A stretch of DNA of 63,994 nt, filler included, from Dimargaris cristalligena (lineage: Eukaryota), in assembly GCA_003614675.1 (NCBI GenBank). It is 10 parts of 10 records of this genome, joined end to end, with 100 filler letters (N's around TTAATTAATTAA, not from the genome) between each part and the next. Parts side by side here need not be neighbours in the genome. Positions count along the whole stretch, not along the records: positions 6,457 to 12,804 come from ML003530.1; positions 12,905 to 19,243 come from ML003531.1; positions 19,344 to 25,679 come from ML003532.1; 7 more parts are not named here. One strand, written 5' to 3'. Position numbers and translations under genes: made by a program. Under the pieces are notes generated by a model. The model was given only the letters and a program-made list of their open reading frames with translations, made no database searches and was not told where the DNA came from. Each line of letters opens with the position of its first letter. The first letter of the stretch is position 1. Below, one piece after another: positions 11,401 through 22,700 of this stretch.

Positions 11401-11615
11401 AGATTGAAATTGCTAGTCGGGAGTGGAATTACTACTTTGCGGCCAACCAGAAATTACCCCAGGGCTATTTTACCAGCTGGACCGAGGACGACATTATTGG
11501 GGATCCCGATCAGGATAGTCCCCACCTACTTAACTTTTATAGAGTAACGAAGGCATTGCTCGAACTTTTAAACCGTAGCGCAGTTGAGGAGGCCCGGGGT
11601 CAGACGGCAAATTAA
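8436..11615 (+). CDS. Uncharacterised protein of about 1059 aa: short N-terminal KH-like segment, long disordered middle, globular C-terminal domain
   Basis: Single long ORF with likely ATG at 8436 (MYRYTHELAG). The C-terminal 400 aa are beta-rich, with EVMLSARFGRV, FDVRIGL, YVRKVKVRLTKAY and YSQIEIASREW. Confidence 0.85.
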   Translation: MYRYTHELAGPLGPTGEAGLLDFIKVHNLVNDVQLHYNAPLHELHLACQETEPLTRLKDRIPTLLAKFLTTTPAPEGVDTRSPKSSPPPPTVPESRAESVGSVDWEFTSPLHRESPAPQDRSAVIMDLAPPPARSSTFLNRFILPGLAHGFDHILAPSQGSEAIAPFREPSNYQPYVIRDATQDTFIRAKSTTPLFHFERTSPIGTGLFVPLNALDQQSIFRRLVDGALKNPASRPPIPFILVRKSDRTRDLQVQELRSLPSTSKGTNNLGYYQPRAQSPNPPAAKGAHLNTAFGHFRRATRAPIQKTPVSAYSEIPGSLQWHSPQSTPAQGPGKRRTPPPLTPASKRQRHPSGRNVGQMVGAGAPTSHVKNRAATPAAKFREIAQRVIYSNPSSPEPIVKVNRLSDSLFFNPMQQSAPMEWNTPDNLEAAATPVADHVLSDSTLPQASPSPAAEHEDKDPSGPFGKEIAHIHDLLKDLPQASRGSLKHMLEQLVASQAGEEDTAESLGSISDPDSDSDSDFDVKRFVEERVTEIESMAQPEVGTPPEMTDLVDLTELPDVFMTHHEPQGKAASETTLESSEGTESEVRPPPEIKRSIPSLFDQQPCATDPSTQPDLDHGLQFPIAVSDTDSQIRAASEPSIPLSQNLALATNGRLEQGHLNHELKSFLQLYTTLAPQLQLLRSYAGEVMLSARFGRVMYFNCKPDLLAREWTAETLSQFKVESSGVFRTFSCRLPVDPVNCAMTVSRHLNPPCDIGSFVYREALGRAHYKRYCENTLNPAGEESSSLTMLLDNPLQSQAALAVPVCQSIRAVEFSVFALTQLHGDIKFRPCKLTIDLSNGSLLRVVSNKSHLADFPISSLDQPFDVRIGLHCRRHIELYDNAHQTFADQVKIRNNGRSIEFSDIPGSLYVRKVKVRLTKAYPLAGPFVALVSEVFELFSRNIDECSAFKKPHHSMASGYNSTAKGRLPDPVLRQPLKVGNQTPPTYSQIEIASREWNYYFAANQKLPQGYFTSWTEDDIIGDPDQDSPHLLNFYRVTKALLELLNRSAVEEARGQTAN

Positions 11616-11995
11616 CAATAATTCGAGACGGCCCATGGACATGCGACCTTCAGACCCGACCAACCGTTGAGCCGATGGCGTGGTAATCTCTAAAAAATGT
11701 CTATGTAATTTATGAATTAGGTGCAATATACCCAATCTGACCTCCCATATGTGTAGATGTGACTAATTTTATTAAATTCACCAATAGAATAACTAGCAAA
11801 GTAACAATATAAATTTATTTTATCTATAACTAATGGACAATATACTGTAAGAAATTAGCGGAGCTGTACCCCCAGTGGGGTATCTTAAAGATAAGATACA
11901 TTAGTAGTACGTATTGTTTTACTATGCCATATTCCCATTAATAGACTCTGTAGTGTTTGACCTTGGCAATCGTATGCGCCAAATTAACTACAGTA

Positions 11996-12137
11996 AATGG
12001 GAGAAGTTCAACAAGGCTGTATAACGAAAAATCCATTTGGTGAGGCAACTACTACTGGTTGAAATTAAATATCCCACCGATTTTCCCATACACATATCAG
12101 TTGAAACCTTATACAACCGAGCTAAACGTCTCCCAAA
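11996..12137 (+). mobile_element. MITE family A, copy 1 (about 142 bp)
   Basis: Left end ATGGGAGAAGTTCAACAAGGCTGTATAAC; degenerate right end TATACAACCGAGCTAAACGTCTCCCA; aligns by eye with 63135-63276. Confidence 0.75.
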
Positions 12138-12749
12138 TGAACCCGATAAAAATGACGTTTGGTTAAAAATGAAGATTGACAGTACTCAATGGCATAGTGG
12201 GATACATGCCCCATTTAATTGGGGGGTGTTATTAAAGACCAGGCAGTATAACAGCTGTATACTATAGATATAGCCTAACGATGGAAACAAAGTAACTAAG
12301 GATTAATTATGGGTAAATGTAAATGAGATACTAAAGAAAGGTACGAGGCATGTCTCCAAATAAATTGGTGGTACTGCCAACTGATTCGCCGATTCGGCAC
12401 ATTTCGAATGGCCGGGTCCAATAATACGAGGATGGGCGATGTGACCAGTATATCGCCGTGAACATAAACGCAAATGTATGCAGGAAAAGCGCAAGGGTAA
12501 GTGGTAATTGGGATGATAGATCCGACATGAGGTAACGATTGAAAAGGGCCTGGTACTGAATGAGTTGAATAAATGTTGGGTTAGTAACTAAAGTGCAACG
12601 GCGATACTGGGTAGTATATTGAGATGTTTATTTACTGTGGCTCTAACAGTGTCAACCGCACCTCGAATTACAAGGTATATAATGGAATTACACTGGAAAA
12701 CACGCACGCACGCGCATTTCCTCTAGGGTACCATCATGGTCCACCAGGG

Positions 12750-12799
12750 TGTTGTGGTTGCAATTAATGCCACAAGGTAATATAGCCCGATAACCTTAT
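12750..12799. repeat. Dispersed repeat at contig end
   Basis: Its reverse complement is nearly identical to 25801-25850. Confidence 0.85.
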
Positions 12800-12804
12800 T
12801 ATGG

Positions 12805-12904
12805 NNNNNNNNNNNNNNNNNNNNNNNNNNNNNNNNNNNNNNNNNNNNTTAATTAATTAANNNNNNNNNNNNNNNNNNNNNNNNNNNNNNNNNNNNNNNN
12901 NNNN
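12805..12904. other. Artificial contig linker
   Basis: N/TTAATTAATTAA/N, 100 nt. Confidence 0.99.
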
Positions 12905-13453
12905 TAAAGGCAACTTAAACATGAAATTGCTAGTTGCCTGGAAGTATGGATATAATAGCTGGCTATGTATAAATGATACTGAGTTGGTTCTAACTGCATA
13001 GCCAGGTTCTTATCCTCTGGGGTGGTTCTACCCTGGATATATAGGTACTGGTCTATATATTTAGTTAGTACCGGGTACTGTAGTCAGTTTAGTATTAACC
13101 CTCCTTTAGTATATGGATAGATATAGGTAATAATAGTAATAGTAATTGGGCGGCAGTTCCAATCAATTAAACACTGAGGAGAGTTTGGGATCAGGTGACC
13201 GGAAATGCTAATACTAAGGAGTTACACCTAGGAGTTAGCCCCATACATTTTTACAAAAAATAGCGGCTTTATAATATAGATATGTATGTGTAGTACCATG
13301 AGCACTGTACCAATTAGGTATTCACTATTTAGTTATCAGTTTACCTACCATTTCTAATGGTGATTCAATGATTATTGGTTATTCTGATATTTACAATTAA
13401 TTTTGTCCAATATAACAAATTATATGTGAATCTTTTCCATGCTATTTGGGAAG

Positions 13454-13830
13454 TGTCGGCCCTCCTAATCCAACTTAATCTAGACCTAACAATCACCATC
13501 CTATTTAGGCCTTATAGTACCCTATTAACCCTTCCATAGTTCCCCCCAGCATTATGGGGGCATCCTCTATTATGTAACCCCACTCATTTGACCCTAACAC
13601 TTTGCACCCCAAATACTCAACTCACTGATCCAAGACTCTTCCAGTTCTCATAAGAGTCTTCCTAATGTGAAGCCATCTGGTCAGATTCTTTACTTATCCA
13701 CACCTTAGTCATAATAGTATTTCCCTTGGGACCTCCCTCTGGAGCTGTCCCTGTGTATATATAACCAGGCCCCACTGGGGCTGGTTCAATAGCTTAGCTT
13801 ATTCTTACCCCCTGGTTTACCCCTAATAAA
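13454..13830 (+). mobile_element. Degenerate solo-LTR-like repeat, family B copy 1
   Basis: Begins TGTC; contains GGGACCTCCCTCTGGAGCTGTCCC, TATATATAA and AATAAA (13825); homologous to 13979-14392 (inverted) and 50693-50990; CpG nearly absent. Right boundary approximate. Confidence 0.65.
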
Positions 13831-13978
13831 CCATATATATACTCACTCCCCCCATACTGACTAGTAAATGTACCCACTGTACATCCCTTGCATATACCTA
13901 TACTTAGCCTTTATTAGTTAGTACTATGCCTGTACCTACTGCTAGCAGCCCACTTGGCTAAGCCTAAGCCCTGCCTAC

Positions 13979-14392
13979 TGTTAGAAGCCTATCCTTGGGA
14001 CTCTTGATGGACTAAGTGTGGTTAACCTGGGCAATAGGTAGGAATAAGCTAAGGAATCTAACTGGACCCAATGGGGCCTAATTATGTATATATAGGGATA
14101 ACTCCAGAGGGAGGTCCCAAGGGAAGACTACAGCTAAGACTAAGGTATAGATAAATAGGTCAACCAAATGGCCACTATTATCTGGAAGACTCTGATGGTA
14201 ACCAGAAGAGATTTCAGATCAGCACTGGAGTGATTAGTGCAAAGAGGTGGAGTCCTGAAGGGGAAGGGTTATATGATATAGGATGATCCCATAGTACCAG
14301 GGGTGACCATGGGAGGGTTAATATGGCACTATAAGGCCTAATAGGGATAGTCACTAAGGCATCCAGATTAAGGAGGATTAGATGGTCTGATA
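13979..14392 (-). mobile_element. Degenerate solo-LTR-like repeat, family B copy 2 (inverted relative to copy 1)
   Basis: Minus strand reads TATCAGACCATCTAATCC...GGGACCTCCCTCTGGAGTTATCCCTATATATACATAA...CTAACA. Confidence 0.65.
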
Positions 14393-15105
14393 AGACCTAT
14401 GAGACTGGTAATTATATTCACGTGGATGGCCATGGAATATGCTGCTATAGGTTCAAGATGTATGAATACCTCAATAAAACATGTGAATTTCTAGTAATGC
14501 TGCTGTAGTTGTGAGATGGTAACTACTTCTAACAATTATTAGTGATGTGAACCCCTTTATTTCATAGGGTGAAATAATAGTTAATGTTATAATGACCATG
14601 CCTAGGATGAATATCAGAAAGCAGTACACATAATAATGCTGCAAAAGAGGCTTTATGGATAATAAAAATAATGGATGTTAAATATAGGGGGTGAGTTGAT
14701 TAGTAAAAGGGGTATGAGGCATGACTAATGTTGAAGAATATGTTCCTACGTGTTCTTTATTCTATCCTATTTATACCCAATTATGTTAGTTTATTCTGCT
14801 ATCATGAGATCATTCATGTTAGCCAATTATATTTCACCCCACAGAAATTACAATTCAATAAAACTAACCACCTAGAGGTACCTACCGTCCTCTAGCTGCT
14901 TTCTTCCCTTACTTCCAGTTTTATTTCCTTTACAACCTTAGTATTCCAATAACTAATTGACCTAGTAATATCTGCAGGGTTTGGAACAGCCATTGATAGC
15001 TGAACATACCAACGCTTCCAGCATAGAGCCAACCCATAATATGCTGAAATATACTACTAGGTAGTACGATGTGATGCTTGCTAACCACAAATGTGGGATA
15101 AAGAA

Positions 15106-15247
15106 TGTGTGTGAAATTTGGGCCAATTGTATAAGTTCTTCATTAATATTAGTATGGCAACCTAAGTCAGAGATTCACTTTTAATCAGTAAAATGTAACC
15201 CATATAAAGGATTCTTTGTTGTACAGCCTAGTTGAACCTCTCCCATA
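15106..15247 (-). mobile_element. MITE family A, copy 2
   Basis: Minus strand starts TATGGGAGAGGTTCAACTAGGCTGTACAAC; the opposite end reads TGTGTGTGAAATTTGGGCCAATTGTATA on the plus strand. Confidence 0.75.
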
Positions 15248-15692
15248 TGCTATGTCAAATATTAAAATGAAGAGACGGAAATGGCTAAAGAAAGGTGATC
15301 CTTCGGTGATTGAATTCCCACACCTCATTGATGGAACTAGGCGCCATTATTACCTAGTTCCCAAAGGCAGGTGGACTAATCACATTGATCATTAGGCCGG
15401 ACATTTTATTATAAGTCACCTATTTGATAGTCAGGTCCGAGATTGGGAGATCAGGATTAGACTATTGTAGCTGTCACTGTAATCATTTTGGAATTGAAAA
15501 TTTACTCTGTACTTACTTAAGACAGAACCAATTTGAATTTTAGATTTTTATATAAATACCAGGTCTCGAGGCATTTAGTAGAAAGTCTAACCATCCTTGA
15601 TATATACCAGTATATACCTTATACTAAGCTAATCTCTTTCCCATTTCCAACCATAGCCAGTGCTCCATCCATCGCCAGTCTTACCTACTCCA

Positions 15693-16148
15693 ATGACAGC
15701 ATCAGATATGGACGAAATACCCTACCAGCGCACCTCCCCCGACTGTAGAATTAACAGCCAATTCATATGCGAAGGTGGTAAAGTAAATAATAGACATATT
15801 TCTTGAGATGGTTATTCACTGATACGATGCACCCCCAATTGAATTAACCTGTTATATACGACCTTTTTTATTATCTTGTTATGGTGCCTCGTCCTACATT
15901 TATTGGGGGTCGCAGATACAATGACCCTGGAAAATCCGCTGGCATATCCACCGTGTTATCACGTGAAAGTGGTCGGTGTCAACCGGGAAAAGCGTCTATT
16001 ATCATACCAAGTCCAGTGGTGTATCAAAGGGGTCACTTTTGAACATGAAATTCATGCCGTCTCCTTTGATTCGCTAAATATACGTGTTATTTCTAGGGAT
16101 GGGAAATCTCCATCTGTTAATGAATTGTGTCCTAATTATCGGAAATGA
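15693..16148 (+). CDS. Small two-exon protein (about 105 aa), unknown family, paralog 1
   Basis: Exons 15693-15777 and 15916-16148 (phase-1 intron GTAAAG...CGCAG) give MTASDMDEIPYQRTSPDCRINSQFICEG-DTMTLENPLAYPPCYHVKVVGVNREKRLLSYQVQWCIKGVTFEHEIHAV...; TATATAAATA near 15550. Confidence 0.6.
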
Positions 16149-18265
16149 GACATCATTCCGATGGGATACCGACATTGTCATTAAATCGAACTGTAGCCAT
16201 GGGCCAAATTTAGCTATTCATTTATCCGGTGAAATTATATCGTTTCAATCGGCCAACCTTATACTTGACCTGTATTCTAATCATTTCGCACGAACCGAGT
16301 AATTTTCGTATTATTTTAGTACTGTTAAGTATACATTTTCCCCTTCCTACCACTGGAATATATATTCGGATTATTGCCCCCGACAAATAAGTGTGACCTT
16401 AATTGGCCTCATCAGCCAGCTCCAGCACCAACATTCACTATGACTAGGGTATATTTACCCTTTACTATACCTTCAATAAATACTTTATAGTTACATATTG
16501 TTGTAGCAAAAAATATTAGTAAATGGGATAATACCTACGCGTAGGAGGAGTGATTATTAGAGGACGCCTAAAATGAGGTTATGTGGGGTACTTTGTAGAC
16601 AACAACAGTGACGAACATCACATATAAGGGTGGGTTAACTATTAAACAGATTGATGGACAGCGGCATTAACTGAGTGACAACTATAGGATTTGGTTCGGC
16701 TATATTTAGCCGACCAGACCAAGTAGAAAGGCATCAAACCAGCGCAGAACATGCTGGAAGGCGCTTACTAAATGATAGGATAGGAAGAGGGGTGGTGAAG
16801 GTGTAATAAGAAATAAGTGATAATGAACATGTGAATGAAAAGGCGGAAAATGCTGAAGGAAGGTAATCCCCCAGTGGTTGAATTCTTGCACCTCATCGAT
16901 TATTTAGCATGACAGATATCACTAGCGAGTGGAATCTCGATGCCGCTTCTAAATACTGAAATTTCTATAAATGAGGAAATATTGCCTATGTAGTAGGAAC
17001 CCATGTTAATGGTTGAAGAAGATAGTAAAACACATCATAAACGGCGCCCTACCATATTTCGGTTTATCTTAAAATCATGTTTTTAGACCACATCAGCAGT
17101 TCCCGTTTACGGAGGTATGTGCGCTAAAAACTAAACGACCAAGGAACTCTCCATAAAACCTACACTAACCAATAATTCATTTTAATGGGTATGTTTATTG
17201 AGATTACCCCTTTCCTGGAACTACATACGCAAACAAATACTGGCACCTTTGTAATTGCCATACCAACTGGCCTGCTGGTTGCAACTTAGCATAATGGGAC
17301 TTAATTAATGTTATAAGTGTCGTCTGTAAATATTACACTTAGCCACCGGCTTTATTTTTCTGGACATTCTTGACTAGTCTAGCCCCCTCCTTGCACCCTA
17401 AGCCTGCAAAACTATTTTCTTTATTGATTATTTTCAATATTTCTGGCATATATTATTCTAGCATGCTGTGAATTTGCGATTCAGCCCACGGCTACCTTCA
17501 ATTTTAAGACAAAGCCTACAACACTATTATATTGGATCAATGGCAGCATTCCCATCAACCCATATTTATCAAAAACAGCTCCTATTGGGGGACCTACTTA
17601 TTAAACCAAAGCATGAACTTCCAACAAGGATATCCATCAATTTTTTAGGCCAACCTGGTGGATGTATTGTTATGAGTACTTGAAGTTGATCTACTTTACG
17701 AGGCGTTGACTTTAGCAATGTGGGTTCTTTGGTTGATGAGGTCAATGAATGACAATACTATCAGGTGATTTTAGAATTAGCGTTGGTTCAATACTGGTGT
17801 CCATCAGTCAGTTATTTTATTTTGGCTTGGTTTCCCAATCAAACGATCAACCCCCTTGTGGGTTAACGTGCCTGTGATTTACTAAACGAAACGCTGGTTT
17901 CCATAGGCGCCTAAATTGATTGTATAGAGGCGTAACCTCTAAATTTTAGTTTTCTAAACTCCGCAGTCACGAATGTATATACTATGTTTCCAATATTTTA
18001 TCTACGCCCTTGAAAGTCTGCCGACAAAGACCCATGATTACGCCCCCTTTATTTCTAGATACAACCCTCTAGCGCTGGCCTCCATTGATCCAACTCCAAT
18101 CCATTTGGGCCCTTTGCATAAAAAGGTGCCATCTGCCAACTATTTTCAAAACCAACATTGTTTTCCAATCCTTTTCACACAGCTCCGATTATTTGCGACT
18201 TCTCAACCTTAACTGTCTTCACAACATCTCCTTATTCCAACTGACCACTTCGTTCATTTGTAACC

Positions 18266-18683
18266 ATGCCTTGTTTTACTGACATTCCCATTACCGAAAC
18301 TTGCCACGAGCCAACCACGTCCAACCTCGCACTTATGGAAAAGAGAGGTAAGTAACAGAATCCTTGATTGCTTAGCGTGTTTCTTTTCGCTATCTGTTTT
18401 CTATACCATCACCCCTTCCCTCCCTCCCCCCATTTTGGAAGTTACTCACTATAGTTTGCTTTCTAAGCTATACGTCCCTGTTATTACTATGGTACGAATC
18501 ATTTTAGACTCCATTTGTGTCACGAATAGTGGACTATATCCTCCGGAATTTGAGGCCATGGTCACACATGTGGACCACGAGACGGGTGCGATCGAGTATG
18601 AGGCCGATTGGAGCGCAGATGCGATGCAAATATACCGCCAGGAATACCAAGGGTGGATTTGTGTTGGCGTCGGGATCATCTAA
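18266..18683 (+). CDS. Small two-exon protein (about 85 aa), unknown family, paralog 2; C-terminus possibly disrupted
   Basis: Exons 18266-18347 and 18508-18683 (phase-1 intron GTAAGT...TTTAG) give MPCFTDIPITETCHEPTTSNLALMEKR-DSICVTNSGLYPPEFEAMVTHVDHETGAIEYEADWSADAMQIYRQEYQG... Confidence 0.6.
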
Positions 18684-19243
18684 TCCACCGCTAGGATTCG
18701 GATTACGGACTGGCGTATCTTGCTCGAGTGCAGAACGCTGGGGCGTGGATGGCGGTGTACCCGGGCCGGACAAAGGTGGGACGCTAGGTCCAGAGGAACG
18801 AATGGGGAGGCGCGACATTGAAGAGAAAGTGTTAAGTGTTGATGTATTTTGAGGGAAGAAATTTAGTAATTATTAGTATTTTATTTTATTTTTATAGTAA
18901 TCGTGAAGAGAATAGGAATTATGAACAAAGTATTGTTTTCCTGTTGCAGGAAGAGGGCTCTCTGAATAGAGGTCGCAAATTGGTCGTTATAAATAGTTCA
19001 AAATATTATTAATGGGTTCGAATATCGTCATAATATCATCACAGCACATGGACGTTATCATGAACATAAAATAACAAAACGGGAGTTGACTTCCCAAAAG
19101 ACATGGAATATTTCTCATGAAATTCGTCATATCAGTTATAATTGCTAGTATTTGATAAAAAAACAGTCGTAAGTATTGTAATTCTTTGATAATCGTCAAA
19201 TCAGCATAAGAATCGGCAGATAAGTTGATAGCCGGATGGTAAA

Positions 19244-19343
19244 NNNNNNNNNNNNNNNNNNNNNNNNNNNNNNNNNNNNNNNNNNNNTTAATTAATTAAN
19301 NNNNNNNNNNNNNNNNNNNNNNNNNNNNNNNNNNNNNNNNNNN
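19244..19343. other. Artificial contig linker
   Basis: N/TTAATTAATTAA/N, 100 nt. Confidence 0.99.
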
Positions 19344-19722
19344 GGAGGCTGGTTATTCCCAAGCCCTACTCATAAAGGATCGTCGTAGTATAAAAGTGGT
19401 AATATAAGGTGGTCAATTGTCATAGCTTTAAAATCATCATTGACTTTGACGACCTATAACTTCATCAATAATAGACGGAAAGGCAAATAGAAGTATGATT
19501 TGGAAAGCTGAAGGAAAAGAGAATCAGCTAGCATAAAGAAATACAATATTATTAACGACCCCGGACCGTTCCCATGGAAATAACTCGTCAATCGTCCGGG
19601 GCCTTGAATTCACCCAAAGTATGACTACTTTGTGGATTAGCAATATGTGTTGGAGCTTACGTGGCCCCTGGCCAGCTGCCCACGGCAGCACATCTCCTCA
19701 GTCTGACTTTGAACCCCATGGT

Positions 19723-22700
19723 TCAAACTGAGTGAAAATACTGGCGCAAATGTACTCCCGCGGTTGGATCTTTGAAAGGAGCACCATCAAGTTCGCAGAG
19801 TGTGTACACGTCCTCATGAATAACTGTATCAATGACATAGGGACCTCTCCATCTCAACCGAAGCTTGCCTTTTACCTTGGATAACCGTGTGTCCTTTAGT
19901 AATACCATGTCGCCTGGTTGAAATGGAGTTCGTCGAATGGGATGACGTCTTTCAAAATACTTCTTTCCACGTTGGCGGCTCTCATCGAGGTTAATCCCAG
20001 CTAGCTCACGCAGCCATGAGTTCTGGATTAACTGGATTGATCGGAACTGAAGTAACTCGTCGGTGGACATGCCCTTTTGCCAGGGTAGACTAACCCACGT
20101 ACTTTCTTGTAAGTCAAACGGCAATGTGCAGTCCTGTCCATATATCAATCGGTATGGACTCAAACCCGTCGTGGATTTAACTGTGGTTCTGTCTGCCCAT
20201 AGCGCCGCATGCAGAAATCCTGGCCAGGTCTCAGGCTGATTATGACACAGCTTTTTCAAACAGTTCACTAAATCGCGGTGACCACGCTCAATCATACCAT
20301 TGGTCTGTGGATGGTATGCAGTAGTGAACTTCAACGTTAATCCATCCTGCCTTGCCGCTTTGGCAACTACTTTGCCCCACAACTCGCCCCGATCAGCAAG
20401 TATTTCACCAGGGATGCCAAAACGAGATATGATATCCTCATATAAAAACTGGTACACGGTGGAACTCTTCTTATCAGTTAATGCTCGGGCTTCGACCCAA
20501 CCAGACAGATCGTCACGGGCGACAACTAGATAACGGTGACCATCGGCAGACTCCTCAAGCTCTGTCAAGTCAATACCAATGCGACTGAACACCGTGGATC
20601 CTACTGAGACCTTTAGAGGGACTTGAACTGACCCGTATGGATTTCGCTGGCAGATGTCACAGGTACGAATTACCCGCTCAATGTCTTTGTATAACTTTGG
20701 CCAGAAAAATCGACTGGCACACATACGATAGGTAGCTTTGATACCTCGGTGACCGCTGGGATGACCTCCATGAACAGCCTTGATGACTCGAATTCGCTCT
20801 TCTGGATCACTGATCACTCGCCGAGGTAGACCCATCTTTTCACGTTTGAAAAGCATACCTGATTCAAGTAGATAGTTTCGACTTTGTTGTTTGACGCCAG
20901 CTCGTTGATTAGCTGTCAAGTCCTTGTTAGGCGAACCAGTTTTGAGAAACTGAATGATGTCCGAAAATTTGCCATGATCTTTCACGCCTGCTTGCTTGAT
21001 TTCATTGACACCTAAATGAATTCCTTCATCAGTGATACTAGTGCTGTGAACTACATTAACACCTGTACTACCAAATCCGGCAATGCCCTGTTCCCCAAGA
21101 ATGGCTTCCTTTGGGACTTGGATAACCTCGGGTCTGGCAAATCGTTCCATAATGAACTGAGCAACCCGGTCCCCCTGTTTAATGTCCTGGGACCGGTTTA
21201 ATTCGTTGGACATGATTACACATATTTCTCCAGTGTAACTTGGGTCTACTACTCCACCCCCAACTCGAAATCCACGTAAAGCCATGCTGCTGCGATCAGC
21301 AATTCGAATGTAGGTACCGTCAGGTGGTGTACAGTGTAGCCCAGTGGGTACCCGGACCGTTTCAAAGGGTTCAAAATGAATATCAACACGTGCAGTCACA
21401 TCCATCCCAGCATCGGTGGAATGCTTTAACACTGGAATAGGTGTACCATCAGAGGCATAGACCTTTAGTTGATTTACCTGGGGCGGTGGTAATGAGCCTT
21501 TCATGGGTAGTCGGCTAAGAGCATCAGTAATGGGATTATCAACTCCCTTGATGTGCCGAATTTCAAAATCGAACATTTTCAAATAACCTATCCATCGACT
21601 AGCCACATCACCCGGAAGATCAGGGCAATTAATCAAACCAATGAGTGGTTGAGCGTCAATTTCCAGGATAAAGAAGACTCCATACAGGTAGCGACGTAGT
21701 TTCTTTACCATCATGTAGGTAGCAAAGAGCTCACGTTTGATTTGTGAGTAACGACGTTCACGATCAGAGAATAGGTAGCTCTCATAACGAATTACATAGC
21801 GTTGACCATCATTATCCATTTGACCAAGTACGGCCCCAGCGCCAATAGGACTAGCATCAGTAGTAAGTATCAGTGGGGGAACGTCCTCCCCATAGCGAGG
21901 TGCACGGATTAGGGGTGCTTCGGTGATGGCTTTCTTTAGGGTCTCGAATGCCTTGCTCTGCTCAGGGCCCCACTCGAACTTTACTCGCTGACGGGTTAGA
22001 GCATACAATGGACCCGCAATAGTAGAAAAATGGGGTATCCAAATTCGCAGAAATGCACAGGTGGCAATAAACGAGCGTACATCTTTTGGGCTGGCTGGAA
22101 TATCCCAAGCTTGGATAGCTGCGACCTTCGAGTCAGTGGGACAACGGCCATCGGTAGTACACATGTAACCAAGTACCTCAACCTTAGTCATTGCAAATGC
22201 TGATTTCATGCCGCTGATAACCAACCCGGCCTTCATCAAGTCAGATAGGATACTGACTACGTCGTCCGCATGCTGAATTACTTTCTGTCGAACTTCCTCA
22301 GTCTGAATTTCTGCTTCGGTCTTGGGCATTCTTGTTTTTACTACACCGTCGTCAACAAATAGGGATAACCGATCCGGCATGTGGCGGTGAAGAATGGATG
22401 TGAGAACTCGCTGAAATGCACTCACACTATTTGCCCACCCCATCGGGAGACGTGTCATATGAACTAGGCCAATTGGTGTATTGATGGCAAAGATATCACG
22501 GTCTCGGGGATCAATAGGAATCTGGTCATACCCAGAATACAAGTCGAATTTAGTGATAAGACTGCACCCAGATAATTCTTCCGCCATTTCATCGGCTACG
22601 GGTGGAACACCAGCATTACGAATTGTGACAGCATTGACCGGCTGGAAGTCTTGGATGAATCGTAGATTGACCCCATCCTTCTTCAACAGTGTGAACCAGC

